A stretch of 64,000 bases of DNA, taken from assembly GCF_044704955.1 (NCBI RefSeq), contig NC_091995.1, forward strand, positions 7,316,001-7,380,000. The letters are read 5' to 3'. Positions within the stretch are counted from its first letter, which is position 1. Every line of letters begins with the position of its first letter. Positions 35,001-47,000 of the stretch are shown piece by piece. The translations under genes were made by a program, and so were the position numbers. The notes under the pieces were generated by a model. That model saw only the letters and a list, made by a program, of their open reading frames with translations. It ran no database searches and had not been told where the DNA came from. Origin of the DNA: Pristiophorus japonicus. Taxonomy: Eukaryota.

Positions 35001-38000
35001 CGGAGCGAGGTCGGGGCCCGGGAGCGGAGCGAGGTCGGGGCCCGGGAACGGAGCGACGTCGGGGCCCGGGAACGGAGCGAGGTCGGGGCCCGGGAGCGGA
35101 GCGAGGTCGGGGCCCGGGAACGGAGCGACGTCGAGGCCCGGGAGCGGAGCGAGGTCGGGACCCGGGAGCGGAGCGAGGTCGGGTCCCTAGGAGCGGAGCG
35201 AGGTCGGGTCCCTAGGAGCGGAGCGAGGTCGGGTCCCTAGGAGCGGAGCGAGGTCGGGTCCCTAGGAGCGGAGCGAGGTCGGGGCCCGGGAGCGGAGCGA
35301 GGTCGGGGCCCGGAAGCGGAGCGAGGCCGGGGCCCGGGAATGGAGCGAGGTCGGGTCCCCGGGAACTGAGCGACGTCGAGGCCCGGGAACGGAGCGACGT
35401 CGGGGCCCGGGAACGGAGCGAGGTCGGGACCCTGGGAGCGGAGCGAGGTCGGGTCCCTAGGAGCGGAGCGAGGTCGGGGCCCGGGAACGGAGCAACGTCG
35501 AGGCCCGGGAACGGAGCGAGGTCGGGGCCCGGGAACGGAGCAACGTCGGGGCCCGGGAACGGAGCGAGGTCGGGACCCTGGGAGCGGAGCGAGGTCGGGT
35601 CCCTAGGAGCGGAGCGAGGTCGGGTCCCTAGGAGCGGAGCGAGGTCGGGGCCCGGGAGCGGAGCGAGGTCGAGGCCCGGGAACGGAGCGAGGTCGGGGCC
35701 CGGGAACGGAGCGACGTCGAGGCCCGGGAGCGGAGCGAGGTCGGGACCCTGGGAGCGGAGCGAGGTCGGGTCCCTAGGAGCGGAGCGAGGTCGGGGCCCG
35801 GGAACGGAGCGAGGTCGGGGCCCGGGAACGGAGCGACGTCGAGGCCCGGGAACGGAGCGAGGTCGGGGCCCGGGAGCGGAGCGAGGTCGGGGCCCGGAAG
35901 CGGAGCGAGGCCGGGGCCCGGGAACGGAGCGAGGTCGGGTCCCCGGGAACTGAGCGAGGTCGGGGCCCGGGAACTGAGCGAGGTCGGGGCCCGGGAACGG
36001 AGCGACGTCGAGGCCCGGGAGCGGAGCGAGGTCGGGGCCCGGGAGCGGAGCGAGGTCGGGGCCCGGGAGCGGAGCGAGGTCGGGGCCCGGGAGCGGAGCG
36101 AGGTCGGGACCCTGGGAGCGGAGCGAGGTCGGGACCCTGGGAGCGGAGCGAGGGAGGTCGGGGCCCGGGAGCGGAGCGAGGTCGGGGCCCGGGAACGGAG
36201 CGAGGGAGGTCGGGGCCCGGGAGCGAGCTGGAGCCCAGCAGCGAGGTCAAGACCCAGGAATGGCGCAGCGTGTAGCAGCAACAGGGTTGGGGCACAGGGA
36301 AGGTGCAGCATGGGCCAGCATCGAGGCCGTGAGGCCCACACTGTGTCCTATGAATCCCAGGGACAGTAGGTGTATGTGTGTGTACTAAGCCCGTGCAGCG
36401 GAGCTTGGTCTCCAGTTGTCTTGGATATCCTTGTCACTGGACCAAGACCTGGCTCTGTCAAGCCCGTGTGGTGGCTGGTGTGCAACGGCCATCCCACTTT
36501 AAAAGAATTCACGCACGGGCATCTTTCATCATTCAAAATAAAGTTTGGCATAGAAACACCAGAGAACTCATTTTTTGGTGTGGGTCATCCTCGACCCTAA
36601 CGGACTGCCGAATACTATTTGATAAAGAACCACATAACAGACTTAATCAGAAAATAGAAGCACACGGTATTAAAGGGATGGTGGTAACTTGGGTATGTAA
36701 CTGGCTAAGGGATAGGAGGCAGAGAGTAATGGTGAATAGATATTTTTCTGACTCGAGAGAAGTAAGCAGTGGGGTTCCAAGAGATCAGTATTCGGACCAG
36801 TGCTTTTCTTGTTAAATATAAATGACCTGGACTTGGGTATAGGGACTACAACTCTGAAGTTTGAAGATGTACAAAACTTGGCAACATCGTAAATAGTGAG
36901 CAGGACAGTAGCAGACTTCAGGAAGACATAAAGAGACTGGTGAAACGGGCAGGCACAAAGCAGATGCAACTTAATGTGGATAAGTGCAAGGTGCTGCATT
37001 TTGGGAGGAACAACATGGAGAGGCAGTATAATCTAAATGGTGCTATTTTGAGGGGGGAGCATCAGCAGAGGGACCTGGGGGTGTATATTCACAAATCTTT
37101 GAAGGTGCAGGGCAAGTTGATAAGGTGGTTAATATAGCATATGGGATACTTGGCCTTGTAAATACAAGCATTCAATGCAAAAACAAGGAAGTTATGCTAA
37201 ACCTTTACAAACCATCAGTTAGGCCTCAGCTGGAACATTGTGTACAATTCTGTGCACCACACTTTTAGACGGATGTCAAGGCTTCGAAGAGGATCAAAGG
37301 AGGTTTACCAGGTTGATACCAGAGACGAGGGACTTCAGTGATGAGGACAGATTGGAGAAGTTGGATTTGTTCTCCTTAGAGCAGAGAAGGTTAAGGGGAG
37401 ACCCAATAGAGTTATTCAAAGTTACGAGGGATTTTGATGGAACAAGTTGGGAAAAAACTGCTTCCTCTGGCAATTGGGTCAGTGATCAGAGGGCATAGAT
37501 CTAATATAATTGGTAACATAACTAAAGGGGAAATGAGGAGAATGTTTTTCACAGAGGGATGTTAAGATCTGGAACGCACTACCTGGGAGGGTGGTGGAAG
37601 CAGAATCCATAGTAACTTTCAAAAGGCAATTGGACAGGTCCCTGAAGAGAACTCATTTGCAGGGTTACGGGGAGAAAGGTGGAGTGTGTTATTGGAAAGC
37701 TCTTTCAAAGAGTCAGCACAGGCAAGACAGGCCAAGACTCTATGGGGGAGGAATTCGGTTGCGCCTCAGGTAGGGCGGTAATCCAGGCGGATCAGTAATT
37801 TAGCACCTTGAAAATGTTTGCGCCTTCTGCTGAGAAGTTTGTTGGGAATTGGGCGAAGAGCTGAATGTGGTGCAAATTCAGCCGTTACACACTTGACCTG
37901 GGGGGTGTGAATGAAAATTCCGGCACTAAATTGACCCATTGCGCATGCACCGAACTCCGATTCAGATCCCGGGAAAAGTCGAGTCTTAAAGGCACATCAA

Positions 38001-41000
38001 GGTAAGTTAGCGCATGAGCAGCTCCAGCTCCACAGTGTCTTCAGAGCGTGAAAATGGAGGAGCAAGGAGGAAGCAAGCTATCTCCCCGTTCTCGCCCACC
38101 GTCCTTGATGCCTTGCTGGAGCCAGTGGAGAGTCGCTGGAATGCCCTCTGGAGGGGGATGAAGGCCACCACTTAGGGTTTTAACAGGGCTGTGGAGGGAG
38201 GTGGCACAGCACGTTGCAGCCCGAACACAGTGGCCACAACAGCGACGCAATGTCACAATAAATTCAACGGCCTTACTAGGGTCGTCAGGATGAGTACCCT
38301 TTAATTCACCTTCCAACGCCTTCATGTGAACCTCACTGTCTCACACAATGTAAAGATTTTGCAGTGCCAACCCCTTCTCTATGTTTACCAGGCCATTGCT
38401 GAAGCTAGTCTGAGAACTCTCCATTGCCTCACCAGTCATGCCCTGCCCATCCAAGCGTCTCTCATCTTCTCGCTCCTTACTCAGCCTGAGCCCACCTAGC
38501 AGCACCTTTCAACTCTTCATATGTGGTCACAGGCCTAAGCCTCATACTTACTGGTAGTTGCTTGTGCCCCAGACCCACTGTTCACACATCCACTGTGCGA
38601 TGTCACGCAGGATGAAATGCAGATATGCTCACTTCGGTATATTACTCTCAATACCCTACTGCAGACACATGTGGCACACCAGCACCTACACAGCCACTAA
38701 CAACTTTTTGTGTTGGTCATTGCAGGTCAAACTCGCGCACAATATGCGTGTGTTCCAATGTCAGGGAAAGGGCCAGGATCTGACTGACGAGGAGGAGCGA
38801 GTGTCTGCCCTCATGAGCGCTGCAGTCGTGGCGGTGGAGGGCAGAGAGGCAGAGCCCCCACTCGGCAGTGTCGGTATGTGAATGCGATGGCCGTTTTGTG
38901 TGAGTACCCTTAGCCTTGAGGCCACTTGCCTTACAACATGTTGCAACCAAAATAACGAGCACCCCTCCTTCTTGTCTTCTTGCCCCCTCCCCAGCTGATA
39001 ACTGCACTTCTGTTGCTTTGTGCTTACGGATGATGAGCGCCAGCCTGCCCATGAGCCGACGTCTTATTACGACGGGGAAGAAGAGGAGGAGGTGGAGAGC
39101 AGTATGCTGGGACAGCACGAGACATCCTCTTTGGCGAGTGGGGAGTCCACCTCAGTGGACGAGGCCATCTTCCCGGGGTTAATTGAACCGGAGGCTCCAG
39201 GCCCCAGTGGCCTGCAGCAATGTCCAGGGCGAGGGGAAGCTCAGGGACTAGCTCTCCGGAGATAAGTCAGCCCATGAGTTATGCTCACAGACCGGCAGAT
39301 GAGGCCCTGGACTTGGAGGCTCTGTCCTGGGAGTCAATGCAGATACACCGCGAGCTAATGGGTGCTTTGGCGAGGATCCCGCAGAGAGTGGATGCACTTG
39401 TTTTATATGTGGCGGAGGCCGCCTCAATCTTTGCATTTGCACCTCGGGGGCTGATCGAGCCCATCCTTCGTATATTCCAATAGGTGATGGAGGCCACATG
39501 ACCATGGGGGTCCCAGCCATAATGGCGCAGGCCATGGTGACATAGCAGTAGCCATTGAGCAGCAGGCCGAGACCACACAAATCCTGCATTCTGCCAGGCT
39601 GTCAGTGCGTGGTGCCATCATTGTACTTACTGTGTGCTATGTTGCAGGGTCAAATTGATGCCACGCAAGCACGGACTGCTGCCATTGTGTCTGGGGCCCC
39701 ATCAGTCCATCAGGAAGCTAACAGTGCCGAAACAGTTCAGCAATCTGCACCCTACCGGATTGCTCCGGATGTTGAGGCTCTGCCCCGGGAGAGTGGCAGC
39801 CAGTCGGTCTCAGGACGACATCATTCCGGCTCCCACCACTGCCATTCCACCTTCGAACCTGCCGCGGTCTGCACCCCAGCCATCAGAGACTGCTGCTGCC
39901 CATTCTCAGGTGGTGCTGTCAGCAGCCGGGCTTTCCAGGCCCAGAGCTGATCCAGGGAGTCGTGCTCGACCATCTGTCCGGTCTCCCTCAGACACACAGC
40001 AGCCCTCAAGCGGCTTTGCTGCAGGCACTGAGGACCCATTGAGGAGGTGCAGTAGGCGAGGGAGGGGAGCAAGGCAGAGGGGTGGGAAATGTCTATGTAA
40101 GACCCACTGATGAAAGATGCCCCCACGGGTCCTTTGTACAAATACTGTAAATATTATTCATCTGTTGTATTATTTGAAGGGATGGGTGCCCCATTTTGTT
40201 TTCTTTGAGGAATGTGGTGTTTTTGGGTTTGTTTGAGGGATGTTTTTCAAATAAAATGTGACGTCGACCATTCCTTCAGCCTGGTGTATGACTGTTGACT
40301 TGTTATGGAGAGGTGACATTATTGTGGCACAATACACGCTCATTACTAGCTGCAGCCCTCAGATCACACCATTGAAGCGAAGCGCTCCCTTATCAGCCAC
40401 CGCCCAATAGCCCTGCCGGCGCCAACATTGGCACGCTGTCTCCTCCGCGGATGCTGCTGGTTCTCGTCATGTTGCGGGACATTCGGGACATCAACAGGCT
40501 CCTGGTCCTCTTCCTCCTCCTCCTCCTCCTCATCCTCCTCAGGCCTGGCAAGACCTGGGCCTTCATAATGGCCGAATTATGCAGCATGCAGCACACCACA
40601 ATGAATAGCGAGACCTGTTGAGGGGAGTATTGAAGGCTGCCTCCAGAGCGGTCCAGGCATCGGAATCGCTGCTTCAGCAGCCCTATTGTCTGGTCTGCGA
40701 TGTTACGGATGGCGGCATGGCTCTCAGTGTAGCGTTCCTCCGGCTCTGTGTTGGGGTTGCGGAGGCGGGGGTCATTAGCCAGGTGGGCATGTCGTACCCC
40801 TTGTCCTGAGCAGCCAGCCTCGGCCTTGCCTTGGTGGCTGAGACAGTCGAGGCATAGTGCTGTCCCGCAGGATAAAGGCATCATGTGCGGTTCCAGGATA
40901 GTGAGCATTAGCTGCGAGGATGCGCTGCGCGTGTCCCCTGATGAAGTCTGGAAGGAGCCGGAGGCATAGAAGGCGAGTGCCACGGTGACATTCACTGCGA

Positions 41001-44000
41001 CGGCCAGCGCAGTCTTGTTGCCGATCTTAGGCTGCAGAAAATGGCATATCTCTGTATCTACCGCCTTTCGGAAGTGCAGCCTTCTGACACACTGCTCCTC
41101 GGACAGGTCCAGGTATGAGTGTTGCCGCCGGTAAAGCCTTGGGGGGTAGGCCTCCTGACCCAATGTCGAGGGGTTCTCCTCCTTCGGCTGCCGACATGGC
41201 CAACAGCACTTCTCTGTCGAAGCCACCTTGCCAGAGCATGTCTAATGCGACGTTGGCTCCATAGCAATGCACCTATCAAAGTTTTAACAAGTTATTTTTT
41301 CTCAAGCTGAACTGTTATGTCTATCTGCTGCTGCAAACTTGGAGACTCACGCACCGTGCTCTGTGTGAACGCTGCACTGACTGGGACCTCCGAGGGAAGC
41401 GCTGCCTCATCTCTTTAAATAGCCACCATTTAACGACTCTGCAAGCCTGCACCGACTGTGTTTACAGAGGTTGTTATTGGCAGTCGCTAAATGAGGTGGC
41501 CTAATTTACCGACCGGGCGCAAGCGTGGGCATTGCAACGGGACTGATGTGAGAATCGCACTGATCGCCAGCAGCCAGGCGCTAATGGTTTACGCCCCGTG
41601 AGCCTCCAATGAATTTCCCATCGGGGCGCTAAAAGCTGTGTGCCCTGTCGATAACCTCTTACACCCCCATTAATGCCCCTCCTGGCCACTAACTGAGGCG
41701 TTAGACAACCGAAAATCCAACTCTTTGATTCTAACAAGTGCAAGGAGTTCACGGACTTCTTTATCATCAAGATTGAGACCATCCGTTCAGCTGCATCTGC
41801 CACTTCTCTTCCTTCCCCACGCCTACCGGGCCAAACTTCCCCGAAACTTCCTCCCTGACCTAGCCCTAAACTTTCTCTCGTTTCTGTCCTATCGCCCCTC
41901 ATGCCCTCTCCGAGCTCACCTTGTCCATGAGACCCACCTCCTGTTCCCTCAATGATTGGCACCAAACTGCTGACCACCAAATTTCCCTTCCTGGTCCTCA
42001 CATCAGCTGATAACATTAATGGTTCCCTCCTCAGGTACTGTCCCCCTCCCCTTCAAATCTGCCATCAATACCCCTCTCCTAAAAAACCACCATTGATCCC
42101 TCGGTCCTTGCAATCTACGCCCCATTTCCAACCTCCTTTTCCTCTCCAAGGTGCTTGAACATGTTGCAGCCTCCCAAATCTGTGCCCACCTTTCCTGCAA
42201 TTCCAATCAGGTTTCTGCCCTACCACCCACAGAAACGGCCCTTATCAAAGTCACAAGTGGCATCCTACGTGACCATCATAAACTATCTCTCCTCGTTGTT
42301 CTCTACCTGTCTGCAGCCTTTGACACAGTTGACCACTCCATCTTACTTCAACACTTCTCCTCCATCATCCAGCTGGAGGGGGCTGCCCTTGGTGCACTCC
42401 CGGTCCTCACTCTCACTCCCCCTCCCCACTCCCGCTCCCCACTCCCGCCTATATCCAGGCGTAGCCAGAGAATCACCTGCAATGGCTTCTCTTCCTGCTC
42501 TGTTACCTCTGAAATTCCTCAACAATCTATTCTTGGCCCCTGTTACTTCTCATTTACATGTTGCCCCTCGCAGACATCATTTCAAAGCACAGACAACACC
42601 CAGCTCTATCTCACCAAACCCTGTCTCAACCCTGCACTGTCTCTGATTTGTCACGCTGCTAGTCAGACATTCAGTTCTCGATGAGCAGAAATTTCAGCAG
42701 AAGACTGAAGCCATTGTCTTTGGACCCCGCCATCAACTCCGTTCCCTAGCCACCGACATCATTCCTCCCCCTAGTCACTGTCCAAGGCTGAACCAGACCA
42801 TTCATAACCTTGGCATCATATTTCACCCCGAGGTGAGCTTCTGACCACATATTTGCTCCATCACCAAGACCACCTACTTCCACCTCCATAACATTGCCTT
42901 TCTCCGTCCCTGCCTCAGCTCATCTGCTGCTAAAACATAGAAACATAGAAACTTAGAAACATAGAAAATAGGTGCAGGAATAGGCCATTCGGTCCTTCGA
43001 GCCGGCACCACCATTCAATAAGATCATGGCTGATCATTCACCTCAGTACCCTTTTCTGCTTTCTCTCCATACCCCTTGATCCCTTTAGCTGTAAGGGCCA
43101 TATCTAACTCCCTCTTGATTATATCCAATGAACTGGCATCAACAAATCTCTGCAGTCGGGAATTCCACAGGTTAACAACTCTCTGAGTGAAGAAGTTTCT
43201 CCTCATCTCAGTCCTAAATGGCTTACCCCTTATCCTTAAACTATGTCCCCTGGTTCTGGATTTGCCCAACATCGGGAACATTCTTCCTGCATCTAACCTG
43301 TCCAGTCCCGTCAGAATTTTACATGTTTCTATGAGATCCCCTCTCATCTGTCTAAACTCCAGTGAATACAGGCCCAGTCGATCCAGTCTCTCCTCATATG
43401 TCAGTCCTGCCATCCCGGGAATCAGTCTGGTGAACCTTCGCTGCACTCCCTCAATAGCAAGAACGTCTTTCCTCAGATTCAGAGACCAACACTGAACACA
43501 ATATTCCAGGTGAGGCCTCACTAAGGCCCTGTACAACTACAGTAAGACCTCCCTGTTCCTATACTCAAATCCCCTCGCTATGAAGGCCAACATACCACTT
43601 GCCTTCTTCACCGCCTGCTGTACCTGCATGCCAACTTTCAATGACTGAATTACCATGACACCGAGGTCTCATTGCACCTCCCCTTTTCCTAATCCGCCAC
43701 CATTCAGATAATATTCTGCCTTCGTGTTTTTGCCACCAAAGTGGATAACCTCACATTTATTCACATTATACTGCATCTGCCACACGTTTGCCCACTCACC
43801 TAACCTGTCCAAGTCCTCCTCACAGCTCACATCACCACCCAGCTTAGTGTCATCTGCAAACTTGGAGATATTGCACTCAATTCCCTCATTCAAATCATTA
43901 ATATATATTGTAAATAGCTGGGGTCCCAGCACTGAGCCCTGCGGTACCCCACTAGTCACTGCCTGCCATTCTGAAAAGGACCCGTTTATCCCAACTCTCT

Positions 44001-47000
44001 GCTTCCTGTCTGCCAACCAATTCTCTATCCACATCAGTACATTACCCCCAATACCATGTGCTTTAATTTTGCACACCAGTCTCTTGTGTGGGACCTTGTC
44101 AAAAGCCTTCTGAAAGTCCAAATACATCACATCCACTGGTTCTCCCTTGTCCACTCTACTAGTTACATCCTCAAAAAATTCTAGAAGATTTGTCAAGCAG
44201 GATTTTCCTTTCATAAATCCATGCTGACTTGGACCGATCCTGTCACTGCTTTCCAAATGTGCTGCTATTTCATCTTTAATAATTGATTCCAACATTTTCC
44301 CCACTACGGATATCAGGCTAACCGGTCTATAATTACCCGTTTTCTCACTCTGTCCTTTCTTAAAAAGTGGCGTTACATTAGCTACCCTCCAGTCCATAGG
44401 AACCGATCCAGAGTCGATAGACTGTTGGAAAATGATCACCAATGCATCCACTATTTCTAGGGCCACTTCCTTAAGTACTCTGGGATACAGACTATCAGGC
44501 CCCAGGGATTTATCGGCCTTCAATCCCATCAATTTCCCGAACACAATTTCCTGACTAATAAGATTTCCTTCGGTTCCTCCTTCTCACTAGACCCTCGGTC
44601 CCCTAGTATTTCCAGAAGGTTATTTGAGTCTTCCTTCGTGAAGACAGAACCAAAGTATTTGTTTAACTGGTCCGCCATTTCTTTGTTCCCCATTATAAAT
44701 TCACCTGAATCTGACTGCAAGGGACCTACGTTTGTTTTCACTAATCTTTTTCTCTTCACATATCTATAGAAGCTTTTGCAGTCGGTTTTTATGTTCCCAG
44801 CAAGCTTCCTCTCATACTCTATTTCCCCCTCCTAATTGAACCCTTTGTCCAACCGTTAGCCCAATCAATATGTAGATTAAAGTCACCCATGATAATTGCT
44901 GTACCTTTATTGCACACATCCCTAATTTCTTGTTTGATACTGTCCCCAACCGCACTACTACTGTTTGGTGGTCTGTACGCAACTCCCACTATCGTTTTCT
45001 GCCCTTTGGTATTCCGTAGCTCCACCCATATCGATTCCACATCGTCCAAGCTAATGTCCTTCCTTACGATTGCATTAATTTCCTCTTTAACCAGCAACGC
45101 CACCCCACCTCCTTTTCCTATCTGTCTATCCTAAATGTAGAATGTTGAATACCCCTGGATGTCGAGTTCCCAGCCTTGGTCACCCTGGAGCCATATCTCC
45201 GTGACGCCAATTACATCATACCCGTTAACTGCTATCTGCGCAGTTAATTCGTCCACCTTATTCCGAATACTCCTCGCATTGAGGCACAGAGTCTCCAGGT
45301 TTGTCTTTTTAACACACTTTTCCCCTTTAGAATTTTGCTATAATGTGGCCCTTTTTGCTTTTATCCATGCCTTTATTACCTCAAGACTGGTCTATTCTAA
45401 TGATCCCCTGTGACCCTCCAGTCTTCCTCCTTCCATAAACTTGAACTCATCCAAAACTCTGCTGCCCATACCCTAACTCACACGAACTCTCGTTCATCCA
45501 TCACCCTGTCCTGGTTCCCGGTCCAGCCATACATTGATTTTAAAATTCTCATCTTTGTTTTCAAATACCTCCGTGGCCTCGCCCCTCCCTATCTCCGAAA
45601 CCTCCTCCAGCCCTATAACCCTTTGAGATCTCTGTGCTCCTCCGCCTCTTGGGCATTCCCAACTTTAATCGCTCCACCACTGGTGACCATGTCTTCCGCT
45701 ATCTGGGCCCTAGGCTCTGGAATTACCTCCCTGAGCCTCTCCTTCTTTAAGACACTCCTTAAAACCTATCTCTTCACCTGTCCTAATATCTCCGTATGTG
45801 GCTTGTTGTCAAATTCAGTTTCATAACATTCCTGCGAAGCGCCTCGGGATGTTTTACTAAATTAAAAGGTGCTATATAAATACAAGTTGTTGTTGTTTCA
45901 ATGAGAGAAGAGGGGATCACAGCCAGACTGCATTACAGTATCTGTCCACAAAGTAGATGTGTCAGCAGGTTATAGATTAGCTGTGTGTGTATGTGATTAT
46001 AATGTAGCACGATTACAATAGCATCCAGTACAGGGCTGGGGCGGGGGACAAATTTACCAGCAACCTTTCCTGAGACTCTGATAATGTAAAGTGGTGTCAT
46101 TACTTAACCACTGAAAGCTGAAAATAATGGGCGTGTTAGCTGCCAAAATAAAAAATGTGTAACTCTCCTGAGTTCAAATGGTTCATGATTCAGTGAGTTC
46201 AGCTTTGCCAGGGAGTGGTAAATATTGGTCCGGGCACCTTCATTGATCACCATCCAGTTCCCCAAACAGAAGGGCAGTTTGATTGCGGATAAGGATGGGC
46301 AGTAAAGGGCTCAAAGTCCAACAGTCTTATTCCTCCATTCAGGCTTCGACAGATTACCCTCACTGAAATGTAATTAATTTATATCCTTCCCACTCCCTGT
46401 TTAAACATTTCCCAATGCTGACCAACAGTTCAAGTTAACAATTGTTCTTCATTGCAATCTGGGCAAGGTCCCTTTTACATTATACAAATTGCATTTATTT
46501 AGTCAGGTACCTTTGTACTCAGCTTTTCTTTTCCTATACTAAAGCCAGTTATATCGTGCCAAGTCAATAATGCTTCTTTCTTCATTGGAATTACAGCATA
46601 TTGATTAAGAAATCATTCCTGAACACACTGAAATAAACTTCTCCTTTTTCACCAATTGTTTTCATATCTCGGTCTTATTTTTGGATGATTACAGTCTCCT
46701 ACAATTATAATTCTATTGTTATTATACATCTGCAATGTGACTACACATTTCAAACTCAATTCACATACATAAATTTAAAGTTTTATAGACACAATAATGT
46801 TCGAACTTAAGAACATAAGAAACAGGAGCAGGAGTAGGCCTTTTGGCCCCTCGAGCCTGCTCCGCCATTTAATAAGATCATGGCTGATCTGATCATAGAC
46901 TCAGCTCCACTTCTCCGCCCACTCCCCATAAACCCTTATCCCCTTGTTGAACTATTATTTGTGCTCCTACCTTTAATCTTTTTATCTTCTTTTCTGTGGA

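Larger units (their letters stand above)
37744..41723. mobile_element. PIF/Harbinger DNA transposon, degenerate, with two convergent genes
   Basis: Imperfect TIRs gggggaggaattcggttg..cgcctcaggtag / ctaactgaggcg..caaccgaaaatccaactc. Myb/SANT-like gene on +, DDE nuclease on -. 3-bp flanks tat/ttt. Confidence 0.85.
32936..41732 (+). mobile_element. Old CR1 nested in the L2, interrupted by a CR1 tail (about 33393-33540), an RTE-type element and a Harbinger
   Basis: QQWQAFK, GFVKGKLCLTNL, VDIV|FDKEPH split by the 33982-36616 insert, LEQRRLRGD. The tail actctat|[Harbinger]|tttgattct is followed by the aacaa TSD. Confidence 0.75.
25240..45897 (+). mobile_element. Single degenerate L2 LINE in five pieces (about 25240-26312, 27366-27518, 32699-32935, 41733-42933, 45359-45897)
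   Basis: Endonuclease LQNVQFLVNK...DIMPITVTWL; RT ETALIKV...LSAAFDTVDH; C-terminal LELIQNSAAH...IDFKILIFVFK; tail ggtgctatataaatacaagttgttgttg. The pieces are collinear and join across the inserts (aacaa duplicated at 32931 and 41733). Confidence 0.8.

Noticed and set aside
34274-36341. Gly/Arg/Pro-rich 'collagen-like' ORFs
   Set aside because: Translations of the 24-bp GC minisatellite.
46511-46533. Additional candidate micro-exon after the TM exon (…tacaaag|gtacct)
   Set aside because: 23 or 28 nt depending on the acceptor, so it breaks the frame, and the polypyrimidine tract is poor.
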